Position numbers and translations under genes: made by a program. Below the pieces are notes generated by a model that saw only the letters and a list, made by a program, of their open reading frames with translations, had not been told where the DNA came from and did not search any database. Source: Scenedesmus sp. PABB004 (lineage: Eukaryota). Taken from it: a DNA stretch of 64,000 nt. Position 1 is the first letter of the stretch; every line of letters starts with the position of its first letter. Of the stretch, positions 12,505 to 23,110 are shown in pieces. The stretch spans positions 2,976,001-3,040,000 of the forward strand of contig CM026547.1 of NCBI GenBank assembly GCA_014905635.1, written 5' to 3'.

Positions 12505-13457
12505 GCGCGCGCGCGCGGGCATGCGTGCCGTGCGCGCGCCGCACCTCGATGTTGGCGCCGTGGCTGGCAAGGTAGAAGGCGAGGTTGGACTCCCCGCACC
12601 CCACCGCCACCAGCAGCGGCGTCGCGCCGGTCTTGTCGTGCGCGTCCAGCTTGGCGCGGCCCTCCTCGACCAGCACCGCCGCGGTGACCTGCTGCCCAGT
12701 GCTCGCGGCGCGGTGCAGCGGCGTGCTGCCGGTCTTGTCCTTGGCGTTGACCTTGGCGCCCGCGGCCAGCAGCAGGCGCATGATGCCCGCGTAGCCCTTG
12801 CTCGCCTGAGCGGGCGGGCGGGCGGGGCGCGCGCGCGTCAGCGCCGCGCGCAGCCGCGCGGCGGCCAGGCCGCCGCTGCCGCTGCTGCCGCCGCCACCGC
12901 TGCCACGACCGTTGCAGCCGTAGCTGCTGCGAATGCCGCCGCCGCCGCCGCGCACCGCGTAGTGCAGGGGCGTCTGCCCGCCGCTGTTGGTGCAGTCCGG
13001 CGAGGCCCCGGCCTGCAGCAGCGCGCCGACGACCTTTTCGCGGCCCGAGCTCACCGCCGAGTGCAGCGGCGTCCAGCCCTGCGCCGTGGGCGCCGCGGGC
13101 GGGGGCGTGAGCCGGCTGCCCGGGCGCGGCGCGTGCCTGGGCATGCATGCGCCAGCAGCAACCGACAGCGGCCGCCGCCGCGGGGCGCCCGGCCGCGCCG
13201 CGCCGCCGGCTGCGCCGTGCGGTGCGCGCCATGGGTACCCCGCGGCGCACCTCGTCGTCCTGCTTGTCTGCCACCTTGCCCGCGCCTGAGCCGGCCAGGA
13301 GCTCGAGCAGCTCGAGGTGCCCGTTCGCTGCGGCGGTGTGGAACAGCGTCCGCCCGTCCTCATCGCGGCCGACGATGAGGCTGGTGAGCTCGGCCGGCGA
13401 GAGGGCCTTGAAGTAGGCCACGTCCCCCTCGCGCGCGCGGTCCGCGGCCTCAAACAT
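12298..13457 (-). CDS. Gankyrin/Nas6-like ankyrin protein (26S proteasome assembly chaperone, PSMD10-like)
   Basis: Short all-ankyrin protein: DEDGRTLFHTAA, DDE/GWTPLHSAVSSG, GQTPLHYA/ASKG, GSTPLHRAASTG, GATPL, GETPL; four exons. Confidence 0.78.
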
Positions 13458-13787
13458 GCTGCCCCGCGCCCCTGCCTGCCCGCGGCGGCGTGCGGCGCGG
13501 CGCGGCGGGCTCGAGGCGCCTGGCGAGGATCACGGCGCGCTCGTGGCAGCCAGGGGGCAGCCGGCGCGCTGGGCGGCGCGCGCGCTGGGCCGCGCGTGCG
13601 CTGGCAGGGTGGCGTGGAGAGCGGGCGCGCGCACGGCGGCTGTCTGGCGGGGTGTGGATGCGCCTCGCGGCGGCAGCGCGTCGCGCCCACGCAATCAGAA
13701 CAACCTCCTACCGCGCCCTGGCCTAACACGCGCCTCGCAGCGCCGCGCGCACGCGGCGCGCCCGGGCCGCCCCGATCAGGCCCGACG
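13458..13787 (+). repeat. 330-bp inverted repeat, copy A (the 5' flank of the gankyrin gene, abutting its ATG)
   Basis: Reverse complement of 17093-17422. The translations of the two copies are identical in the ORF track (LPRAPACPRR..RPDQARR). Confidence 0.95.
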
Positions 13788-14295
13788 GCCTCGCCCCCGC
13801 GCGCGCCGCAGCGCAGCCCTGCTTTAGGTCAAACGCGGCGCGCGCGCCCGCCGCGCTGCGCTGCGAGTGCGGCGCCGCGGCATGGCATGGCACGCGGAGG
13901 TTACCGACGAGGTCCGGCCGACCGCGGCCGAGCGGCCGGCGCAGGGCGCGCCGCCCGGCTCGCAGCGGGCCGCGCGCCCGATCAGCAGCCTCGCCGCAGC
14001 GCGCAACACCGGTCCGAGACAAGGTTGTCAAGCTGTGCTCGCCGCACACGCGCACACATACACACACTCACACACACATGCTACCCTGACCGCCCGCCGC
14101 CCAGCGCGCCGCGGCTGGCGTGCGCGCGCGCCGGGGCGCGCCCGCCCCCGCGCGCGCGGCCAGCCGCCGCGTCGGCGCAGCACCTGCCCGCCGCCCGCCT
14201 CCCCTGCTGAGCCCGTCACGCCGCCCCGCGCTACCCCCCCCCCCCCCCTGCACTCTGGCTGGCCGCCGCGCCGCGCGCTGGCGGGCGCGGCGCGC

Positions 14296-16649
14296 TCAGG
14301 CCTTGACCGGCAGCGGCACGGCCGTGATCTGGGCGTGCAGGTGCGCGTTGAGCTCGGGGCTGATCTTGTGGTTGTGGCGCAGCACCTTGTAGACCGCGGG
14401 GTCGACGTGCTTCAGGATGGCCGTCTCGGCGGCGGTGATGTCGCTGGTCGCGACCTTGTCGAGGTAGCCCTTGGTCGCGGCGTACACGACGACGACCTGC
14501 TGCTCGATGGGCATCGGGTTGAACTGGCGCTGCTTCAGGATCTCCGTCAGCCGCGCGCCGCGCTCCAGCACGTACTGCGTCGCCGCGTCGAGGTCGCTGC
14601 CAAACTGCGCAAACGCGGCGACCTCGCGGTACTGCGCGAGCTCGAGCTTCAGCGTGCCCGCGACCTGCTTCATCGCGGGGAACTGCGCCGCCGAGCCGAC
14701 GCGCGACACGGAGAGGCCGACGTTGAGCGCGGGGCGGATGCCCTTGTAGAAGAGCTCGGTCTCCAGGAAGATCTGGCCGTCGGTGATGGAGATGACGTTG
14801 GTCGCGATGTACGCGCTCACGTCGCCCGCCTGCGTCTCGATCACGGGGAACGCGGTCAGGCTGCCGCCGCCGAGGTCGGCCGACATCTTGGCCGCGCGCT
14901 CGAGCAGGCGCGAGTGGAGGTAGAAGACGTCGCCGGGGAAGGCCTCGCGCCCGGGCGGGCGGCGCAGCAGCAGGCTCATCTGGCGGTACGCGACGCTCTG
15001 CTTGGAGAGGTCGTCGTAGATGATGAGCGCGTGCTTGCCGGTGTCGCGGAAGTACTCGGCCATCGCGCACGCGCTGTAGGGCGCGAGGAACTGCAGCGGC
15101 GCCGCGTCGCTGGCGGTCGCGGAGACGATGATCGTGTTCTTGATCGCGCCCGTCTGCGTGAACAGCTTGACCAGCTGCGCCACGGTCGAGCGCTTCTGCC
15201 CGATCGCGACGTACACGCAGTACACGCGCCGGTTCTTGGGCACCGCCGCGTTGCACGCCTTCTGGTGCAGGATGCAGTCCACCGCGATCGCGGTCTTGCC
15301 CGTCTGCCGGTCGCCGATGATCAGCTCGCGCTGCCCGCGCCCGATCGGCACCAGGCTGTCCACCGCCTTGACGCCTGGCGGCGCGCGGCGTGCGGCGGGG
15401 CGCAGGGCGGGGCGGGGCGTCAGCGCCGTTGCTGCAGCGGCGTGCGCGCTGCCAAGCTGCCGCTGCGGCTGCCGCCGCTGCCACCGCTGCCGCTGCTGCC
15501 GCTGCCGCAGCTGCCGCCGCCGCTGCCGCGCTGCAGCTGCCGCCGCCGCTGCCGCGGCCGCGGCGCGCGCGCGCGCGCGCGGCTCACCGGTGTAGAGGGG
15601 CTCGCGCACGGACTGGCGCGCCACGATGCCGGGCGCCTTGACCTCCACCAGGCTGCTGCGCACGCCGGTGAGCGGGCCGGCGCCGTCGATGGGCTGGCCG
15701 AGCGCGTCGAGCACGCGGCCGAGGTTGCCGGGGCCGACGGGCACGTTGACGATCTGGCCCGTGCGGTAGACGAGGTCGCCCTGGTGGATGGCGTGGTCCT
15801 GGCCAAAGATGACGACGCCGACGTGGTCGTGCTGCAGGTTGAGCGCCATGCCCTTCACGCCGCTGTCAAAGCACACCAGCTCGCCCGCCTGCACGCTGCG
15901 CAGGCCGTACACGCGCGCGATGCCGTCGCCGACGCTGAGCACGCGCCCCAGGTGGATGATGGGCGGCTGGTAGCTCTTCTCCCACTCCTTGACCGCGGGG
16001 ATGAGCTTCTGGCTGATGTGCTGAATCAGGTACTTGCTGCTGAACTTGGGGCGCCGCATCTCGTCCAGCGGCTTGCTCTCCGCCGCAAAGCCCTGCGCGC
16101 GGCGCGCGTGCGCGGCGGGTGAGCGCGGCGCGGCCGCGCGCGCGCGGTGCGGCCGCGCGCGCGCGGTGCGCAGGCCCCGCGCCGCCCCGCTGCCCGCGCC
16201 CTGCCGCGCCCCGCCCCGCCCCGCCGGCCAGCCGCCGCCGCTCACCCGCTGGGCGGACAGGCCCAGCGCCCTGAGCGCCGGTGCGGCCGCATTGCTGCGC
16301 GCAGGGCAGAGCGGGGCGGCGGGGCGGGCGGCAGGGGCGGGCGTGAGCGGCGCTGCTCGCCGCCCGGCGGCTGCCGCGTCGGTTGCGCCCCCGGCGCGCC
16401 GCCTGCCGCCCGCTGCGCCGCGGCTGCACTGCGGCGCGCACCTGCTGGCCTCGGTCTGGCGGGTGAGGCCTGCGGCGGCGGCGGCGGCGCGGGGCGGCGT
16501 GAGCGGCGCTGCCTTGCCCGCGCCGGCTGCTGCCGCGCCCGCTGGCGGCGCGGCGGCGGCCCAGGGACGCAGCAGGCCGCCCCATCCTTTATCCGGCCCT
16601 CACCTGCGCGCGCCAGGCCCGCCAGGGCCCGCCAGGACGCGGTGCGCAT
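14296..16649 (-). CDS. ATP1: Mitochondrial F1 ATP synthase alpha subunit, nucleus-encoded
   Basis: The spliced presequence [45 protein letters not shown] is followed by the chlorophycean extension [33 protein letters not shown], the P-loop GDRQTGKT and [22 protein letters not shown]; four introns. Confidence 0.97.
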
Positions 16650-17092
16650 CTTCGCGGCCCCTGCGCGCGCACGCGCCGCGGCCGTTCAAGAGCCTGCGCA
16701 CGGGCGGCGCGGCGGCATCATGATCGTTCGCCCCGCGGGGCGTGACGGCACCAGCGCGCGCCGCAGCGGGAGGGCGGCCGCTCTCAGATCGCTGCGGCCG
16801 GCTGTGCCCCCGCCTTGCGCTCGCGCCGCGCACCTGCTTCGGGCGCCGGCAGGCGCGCTGAACGGACGGGAGTGCGCACCGGCGGGGCAGGGGCGGGTAG
16901 GCCCCGCAGCGGCGGCCGGGGCTTTTGGCTGCTTGCGCCGCCGCTGCCGCCCGGCGTGGCGCGCGGCGCGGACGAGCGCGGCGGCCACGCACGCCGTGTG
17001 TTTGGCGTGCGGCGTGTGATGGCCCCGCTTGCGTGCGCCGCACGGCGGCGGGCCCCGCGGCGCGGCGCCGCGCGCGCGGGGGCGAGCGCGCG

Positions 17093-17422
17093 CGTCGGGC
17101 CTGATCGGGGCGGCCCGGGCGCGCCGCGTGCGCGCGGCGCTGCGAGGCGCGTGTTAGGCCAGGGCGCGGTAGGAGGTTGTTCTGATTGCGTGGGCGCGAC
17201 GCGCTGCCGCCGCGAGGCGCATCCACACCCCGCCAGACAGCCGCCGTGCGCGCGCCCGCTCTCCACGCCACCCTGCCAGCGCACGCGCGGCCCAGCGCGC
17301 GCGCCGCCCAGCGCGCCGGCTGCCCCCTGGCTGCCACGAGCGCGCCGTGATCCTCGCCAGGCGCCTCGAGCCCGCCGCGCCGCGCCGCACGCCGCCGCGG
17401 GCAGGCAGGGGCGCGGGGCAGC
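17093..17422 (-). repeat. 330-bp inverted repeat, copy B (between the ATP1 5' end and the YL1 stop)
   Basis: Reverse complement of 13458-13787; ends 16 bp from the YL1 stop codon. Confidence 0.95.
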
Positions 17423-17438
17423 GTGATTCCTCGAGGCG

Positions 17439-17516
17439 TCAGCCGCCGCCGTGGACGAGCTGCGACACGTTGAGCACCAGCGCCGCCACCTCGTCGGGCA
17501 GCTTGGGCTGCGCGTA

Positions 17517-17558
<42 letters not shown>

Positions 17559-18205
17559 GCTGCCGGCCTTGCCGCCCCGGCCGGCGGCGCGGGCGGCGGC
17601 CGCCGCCGCGCGCTGCTGCTCCACCTGCACCGCCAGCAGCGCCTCCAGCTGCTGCCGCCCCGGCGGGAAGCCGCCGCCGCCCGCCGCCGCCGCCGCGTCT
17701 GCGGCGGGGCCGCCGTCGTGCTGCTGCCGCGCGGGGGCCTCCGGCACGGGGTGCCCCAGCCGGCGCCGCAGCTCGCGGAAGGCCGCCGCCGAGGCAAAGT
17801 AGTGCCCCGTGAGCGGGTCGACATAGCGCGCCGCGCCGCCGGTGATCGCGCACAGCGGCGTGGCCGGCGGCGGCGGCGCGCGCTGCGGCAGCAGCCACTT
17901 GGGCGCCTTCATGCCGAGGCACTGCAGCGTCGTCAGCTCGTAGCGCACCGGCACCGGCCCCGACAGCGCCGCCGCGGCCGCGGGCGGCGCCGCAGCTGCG
18001 GCCGCCTCCGCCGCCTCGCCGCCGGCGGGCGGCTCGCCAGCAGCTGCTGCCGGCGGCTCCGCAGATGCGGCGGGCTGCTCGCCGCCGGGCGCCGCCGCCT
18101 CGTCTGCGGCGGCTGCCGCGTCGGGCTTCGCCGCTGCCGCTGCAGCTGGGCCCTCCTCTGCAACGCCCGCGCTGGGCGGGGGCGCCTCGGCGGCCGCCTC
18201 ACCGC

Positions 18206-18242
<37 letters not shown>

Positions 18243-19259
18243 CGAGCCCTGGCCTGCCGGCTGCCCCCCTGGCGAGCTGTCTGGCGCGGGCGGCGCAGGT
18301 GCGTCCACCTCCATGGGCGCCGCGTCCCCGGGTGCCGCCGCGCCGCCAGCTGCCGCTGCAGCCGGCGCCGTGGGCTGCGGCGCGGCCCCGGCCGCAGCGG
18401 GCGCGGCGGCCGCCGGCCCCGCCGCGTGGCCGCCGGCGGCGCCGCCCGCGCCGGGCGCGGCGCTCGGCGGCGGCGCCGCGAGCGCCGCCGCGGCCGCAGG
18501 GTCGAGCAGCACCTCCACCGCGCGGCTGCGCAGCTTGACGAGCGGCCCCCCGAAGCGCGCGCGCTTCATGTGGGCCTTGCGCTTGGTCTCCTCCTCCTGC
18601 GCCATGAGCTGCTTCAGCGAGGCGAGGTTCTCCAGCTCCGTGCGCGCCGCCTCGGCGAGCAGCTCCTGCTGCGAGAGCACGCGCACGGCGTCGCCCGCCT
18701 TCTTGGGCCGCGCCATCGCCTTGGCGACCAGCTGGCGCTGCTCGCGCGCCTGCGTCGCCTCCTCTGTGCGCTCGCGCGTCGACTTGCGCAGCGTGGGCGC
18801 GGTCACGCGCAGCGCGTCGCCGTCGGCCGCGGGGCCGCCGCCGCCGGCCGCGCCGGCGCTGGCGCTGGCGCCGCCCCCGCTCGCGCTCGGCGGGCTGCCG
18901 GCGGCGCCGGCGGCGCCGGCGGCGCCGGCGGCGGCGCGGGGCGCCGCCGGGGGCCGCGGCGGGCGCGGCCGCGCCGGCGGCGCGCCCGGCGGCTTGAGCG
19001 CGCGCTTGCGCGGCTCCTGGCGGACCTCGACCTCGTCGTCGTCGTCCTCGCTCTCCTCCTCGAAAAAGTCCGAGTCCGGGACGTCCTCCTCCTCCTTCTC
19101 GGAGACGTAGTCCTCGTCCCGCACGTCCTCGGCGAAGAACTCCTGGCCCCAAAACTCGGCATCAGCCTCCTGCTCCTCCTCCTCCAGCTGCGCCCGCAGC
19201 CGCTTGCCGCGCGTCGTCCGCGCGGGCAGCGCCTTGCGCTGCTCCACGGGCTCCGCCAT
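17439..19259 (-). CDS. VPS72: SWR1 complex subunit YL1/Vps72/SWC2 (H2A.Z chaperone)
   Basis: MAEPVEQRKALPARTTRGKRL, an acidic FWGQEFFAED..DSDF region, LRKSTR, SQQELLAEAARTELENLASL and the YL1_C motif CAITGGAARYVDPLTGHYF; apparently intronless. Confidence 0.92.
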
Positions 19260-19632
19260 CGCGGCCAGCGAGCAGGGAGCGAGCGGGGCGGCTGCTGCAG
19301 CTGCTGCTGCTGTCGATGTCCCGCAGCGGGCGCCTGGCGCGGCGAGGGGCGCGGGGCGCGGGTCCCGAGCGTGAGTCACGCGCCGCCGCGGCGTGTGGCG
19401 GCACCGGGGCAGCGCCGCGCGAGGAGGCCGGTGCGTGCCACGGTTGCGCCGGGCCGTCACGACGGCGGCGGTTCACGACTGCTTCGGAGCTGTTCCCCTG
19501 GCCAGAGACCAGGGCGTGTGCACACCCGCCGGACGCCCCGCCGGCGGCGGCCGCGGGACGCCGGCCGCGCACGCCGCGGCGCGGGCGCTGTCGCTGCCAC
19601 GCACGCCGCCCGCGCCGCCCGAGCGCGCGCGC

Positions 19633-19666
19633 ATGCTGGCGCTGCTGCGACGCGCCGCCGCCCTCC

Positions 19667-19702
<36 letters not shown>

Positions 19703-22238
19703 CCGTCGCTGGTCACGGTCGGCCGGCGCTGCCGCGGCGCGCCGTCTGCACCGTCGACGTGGAGCAGCGGCGCCCCGCGTGCCACTACGTGCAGCTGGGC
19801 GTCGCGCGCGGCGCGAGCGCCGAGCAGATCAAGGCCGCGTTTCGCTCGCGCGCCAAGGACTTGCACCCGGACGCGGCGGCGGCGCGGCCGCGGGCCGGCG
19901 GCGCGGCCGCGGCGTCGCAGGCGGAGGCCTCGCAGGCCTTCCTGCGGCTCGTGGCCGCGTATGAGGTGCTGAGCGACCCCCAGCAGCGCCGCGCCTACGA
20001 CGCGGCGACCGCGCCGGGCGCGCTGGGCGCGGCGCGGCGCGCGGGGCCCGCGCCGGCGCAGGCGCGGGCGGGCGGCAGTGGCGGCGGCGCCGGCGGCGGC
20101 GCGCTTGGCTGGCGCTGGGGCCTGGCAGAGTGGGCGGCGCGCGGCCCCACGCGCCCGGCCGCGGTGGGGCCCGGCGACGGCGACGGCCTGCGCGGCAGCG
20201 TGCTCGCGGCGCTGGACAGGCACCGCGGGGAGCTCGAGTCCCACCTGCACGCGGGGCTGCTGAAGGCCTTTCTGGGCCCAAGGTGGGCAGGCGCGGGGGC
20301 GCGCGGGGGCCGAGCGCCGCGCGCCGGCGCCCGCCCCGCCGCCGACTGCACGTCGCCGCGGCCGCGCGGCGCGCAGGCTCGAGGTGGCGCCCGGCGAGCT
20401 GCCGCCGTCGTTCGAGGCGGACGAGCGCGCTCACCCTTCGCTGAGCGTCGACGTCCTGCACCTCGTGCACGGCCGCACACTGCTGGGCGTTGTGCGCGTG
20501 CAGCAGCCGCTGCAGCTCACGGGTGAGTGAGCGCCGCCCACGCCGGCAGGCTGCGCCGGCAGGCTGCACGGCCCGCGCCACGCGCGCTGCTCCTGACGCC
20601 GCCCGCGTGCTGCGTGCCGCGCGGCGCCGCCCCCCGCTAGGCAGCACGCCCGCGGCTGCAGAGCTGCCCCGCCCCGGCGCCGCCGCCGCGCCTGCGGCGC
20701 TGCCGGCCGGCGGGGCGCCTGTTGGCGCCGCATGCGGGGAGCCAGGCAGCGGGCATGCAGCTGGGGGGACAGAGCAGCGGCAGCTTGGGGAGCAGGACGC
20801 GCCGATCAGTGAAGCGGAGTGGGCGGTGCTGCTGCAGCAGCACGCGCTGAGGGGGACCTATGACTGGTGGGAGCAGCCGCCCGCGCTGCCCGAGTCAGCA
20901 GCGCCGGCGGCGGCGAGCGAGGCCGGCGCGCAGGGCAGCGCGCCCGCAGGGGTGCCACCGGCCGCGCCTGCCGACGCCGGCTGCCTCGGCGGCCACGCCA
21001 CGCAGCTGGCGTGGGCGGCACGCACCGCGGGACTCGACCGCAGCAGCTCTGCCGGCAAGGCTGTCGCGCCCGCGCCCGCGCCGCGCCACGATGCCGCCGC
21101 CGCCGCCGCCGGCGGCGCTGGCGAGGAGGAGGATGAGGCGCACCCCATCTGGGGCCGGTCGCTGCGACGCCTGCCGCGGGCGCCGCCCCTCGAGCGGCTC
21201 GAGTGGCGTGGCGCCCCGGACGCGGCCACGGGGCAGCGGGACAGCAGCAGGGAGCAGCAGGGCGGGCCCGCCGCCCAGCCACGGGGGGCGCTTGCGGGCG
21301 CGGCGGCGGCGGCGCAGCGCCGAGAGCACGCCCGGCAGCGGGAGCGCCAGGCGGCGTGGCTGCGCCGGCGGCGGCTCTGGCGCTGGGTCCGCGCGCCGAC
21401 GGCGGACTGGCAGGCGGCTGACTGGTCGTTCAGTGACGCCGACGAGGGCGTGCTGGTGCTGGCGCTGCTGCTCGACGGCTGCGTCAGCGCGGTCGCGGTG
21501 CGCGACGACCGCCAGCCGGCCAAGCCGATGAAGGTGCGAGTTACTTGTGTGTGTGTGTGTGGGGGGGGGGCAAGGGGTGGCATGCGGCACGTGTGGCTGC
21601 GGGCCGGCGCCAGCGCGTGGCCGCCGCCGCGCGGCAGGGCTGACCGCTCGCCGCCGCCGCCGCCGCCGCGCGCGCGCCGCCTGCGCCAGGTCTTTGTCGG
21701 CGGCGCCTTTGCCGCGGCGCTGCTGGACGACGCCGTTCTGGAGCCGCTCACTGGACGGCTTGTGGCCGCGATGTACCGGTTTGCCACTCCCGGTGTGCGC
21801 AGCCTGATGTTCGTCGCCGCCGGGGGGACGCGCTCCCGCGTCCTCGCGCGCCTGCAGCGGCGCTGGATGCCGCCGAGCGCCACCTGGCTCTTCCCGCCGC
21901 TGTGCGTGCGCGCAGCGCAGCGCAGCGCAGCGCAGCGCGGTGCGAGGGGGGCCGCAGGCGTGCGCGCTGACTTGCTGCTCCCCACCTCGCGCAGGACTGA
22001 CACGCACGACGCCGGCGGCTGGCTTATCGAGTGGGAGGGGCAACGGCGCGCCGCCACCCACCCCGGCTGGCTGCCCCCTGCCGTCTACGTGTTGGCGGCC
22101 GCGGCCAGCTCGGTCGACCACGAGCGCCGCCGCGCCGCGCGCGAGGGGGGCGTGCTCGGCCGGGCGCGCGCGGCGCTGCGCACGGCGCTGCGCCGCTGGC
22201 GCAGCGCGGGTGCGGGCGCGGGCGCAATTGCGCCCTAG
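19633..22238 (+). CDS. J-domain (DnaJ) protein with organellar presequence and an uncharacterised C-terminal region
   Basis: MLALLRRAAA.., then CHYVQLGVARGASAEQIKAAFRSRAKDLHPD..FLRLVAAYEVLSDPQQRRAYD. Later exons include PPSFEADER, WMPPSATWLFPP and HDAGGWLIEW. Confidence 0.82.
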
Positions 22239-22255
22239 CGCGGACCGTCAGCGTG

Positions 22256-22260
22256 TTACA
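22256..22260 (-). terminator. TGTAA poly(A) signal of the bTHX-like gene
   Basis: TTACA on the + strand, 3 nt beyond the minus-strand stop at 22264. Confidence 0.55.
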
Positions 22261-22263
22261 CGC

Positions 22264-22680
22264 CTACGTGTGTGACTGCTGCTGCTGCCGCTGCTGCCGC
22301 TGCGGCTGCGGCAGCTCGTACGGTGGCAGCGCCGGCGCGCTCGGCCACGACGGTCGCGGCACCGCGATGCGCCGCTCCGACGCCGGCGGCGGGCCAGGCC
22401 GGCTGGCCTTCGGGCGCGACAGTCCCTGCGTGCCTGCGAATCGTTTCCCCCGGCGCGTGCGCCGGTCGCCCTCGCCGGCCGGCTGCGCGCCGGCCGCCGG
22501 CGCCGCGCCGCCCCAGCCGCCGGCCCCACAGCTGGCGAGGCAGCGCAGGAGCGGCCCGCCGAGGGCCGCAGCCGCCGCCGCCGCCGGCTGCGCCGCGCCG
22601 CCCCAGCCGCCGGCCCCACAGCTGGCCAGGCAGCGCAGGAGCGGCCCGCCGTGGGCCGCCGCCGCCGCGAGGCTGCGCAT
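22264..22680 (-). CDS. Organellar small-subunit ribosomal protein bTHX/PSRP4-like (138 aa)
   Basis: ATG at 22678-22680, transit-peptide-like N-terminus, core GEGDRRTRRGKRFAGTQGLSRPK matching the Thx/PSRP4 pattern G[KR]GDxxTxxGKxxxGxxGxxRPK, and a VPRPSWP tail. Confidence 0.78.
   Translation of the reverse strand: MRSLAAAAAHGGPLLRCLASCGAGGWGGAAQPAAAAAAALGGPLLRCLASCGAGGWGGAAPAAGAQPAGEGDRRTRRGKRFAGTQGLSRPKASRPGPPPASERRIAVPRPSWPSAPALPPYELPQPQRQQRQQQQSHT
22501..22668. repeat. 90-bp-period direct tandem duplication (30 codons) inside the bTHX-like presequence
   Basis: cgccgcgccgccccagccgccggccccacagctggc.aggcagcgcaggagcggcccgccg occurs at 22501 and 22591; it encodes GGPLLRCLASCGAGGWGGAA twice. 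Confidence 0.9.
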
Positions 22681-23110
22681 GGGCGGCCGCGGCGCTGCTG
22701 CTGCTGCCGCTGCTTGCGCGCGCTGGTGGGGCTGCCGGCGCGCCTGGGGCAGCCGCCTGGAGCGGTGCCGGTGCCGGTGAGCGGAGGGAGGGACTGCGCG
22801 TACTACGGCTCGGTGCAGACCTGCGACAGCGAGCCCGGGAGCCCTACGCCGCTGCACCGCGACAGCGAGCCCGCCGCGCTGCCTGCGGCCATCCCCGCGT
22901 CCACCGCACACTCGCGCACCCGCACGTCGCAGCGCAGCGCCCGTCCCTTGCGCGCCGCGGCCCCTGCAGCGCGCGGCAGCAGCAGCACGCGCGCCCACGC
23001 GCAGGCGGCTGCCCAGCGCCGGCGCCCGGCCCACGTGCGCTTCGAGCTCGTCCAGGCCCTCCTTGGGACACCGCCTCCGGGCCGCGGCGCTGGCGCGGCC
23101 GGGCAGCAGG

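Noticed and set aside
14296..16649. NUMT or bacterial contamination for atpA
   Set aside because: The gene has spliceosomal introns, a presequence and host-like GC-rich codon usage.
13458..17422. DNA transposon (TIR element) carrying ATP1
   Set aside because: No transposase, target-site duplication or typical TIR termini were seen, and the repeat is the gankyrin 5' flank. It is kept as an inversion-type finding instead.
22437..22450. Heat-shock element upstream of HSF (GAAtcgtTTC)
   Set aside because: The spacing does not fit nGAAnnTTCn, and it lies inside the bTHX-like CDS.
22670..22790. Signal-peptide-like + strand exon (WAAAALLLLPLLARAGG) followed by GTGAGC
   Set aside because: It has no in-frame ATG or downstream exons, and it lies in the divergent promoter region between the bTHX-like and HSF genes.
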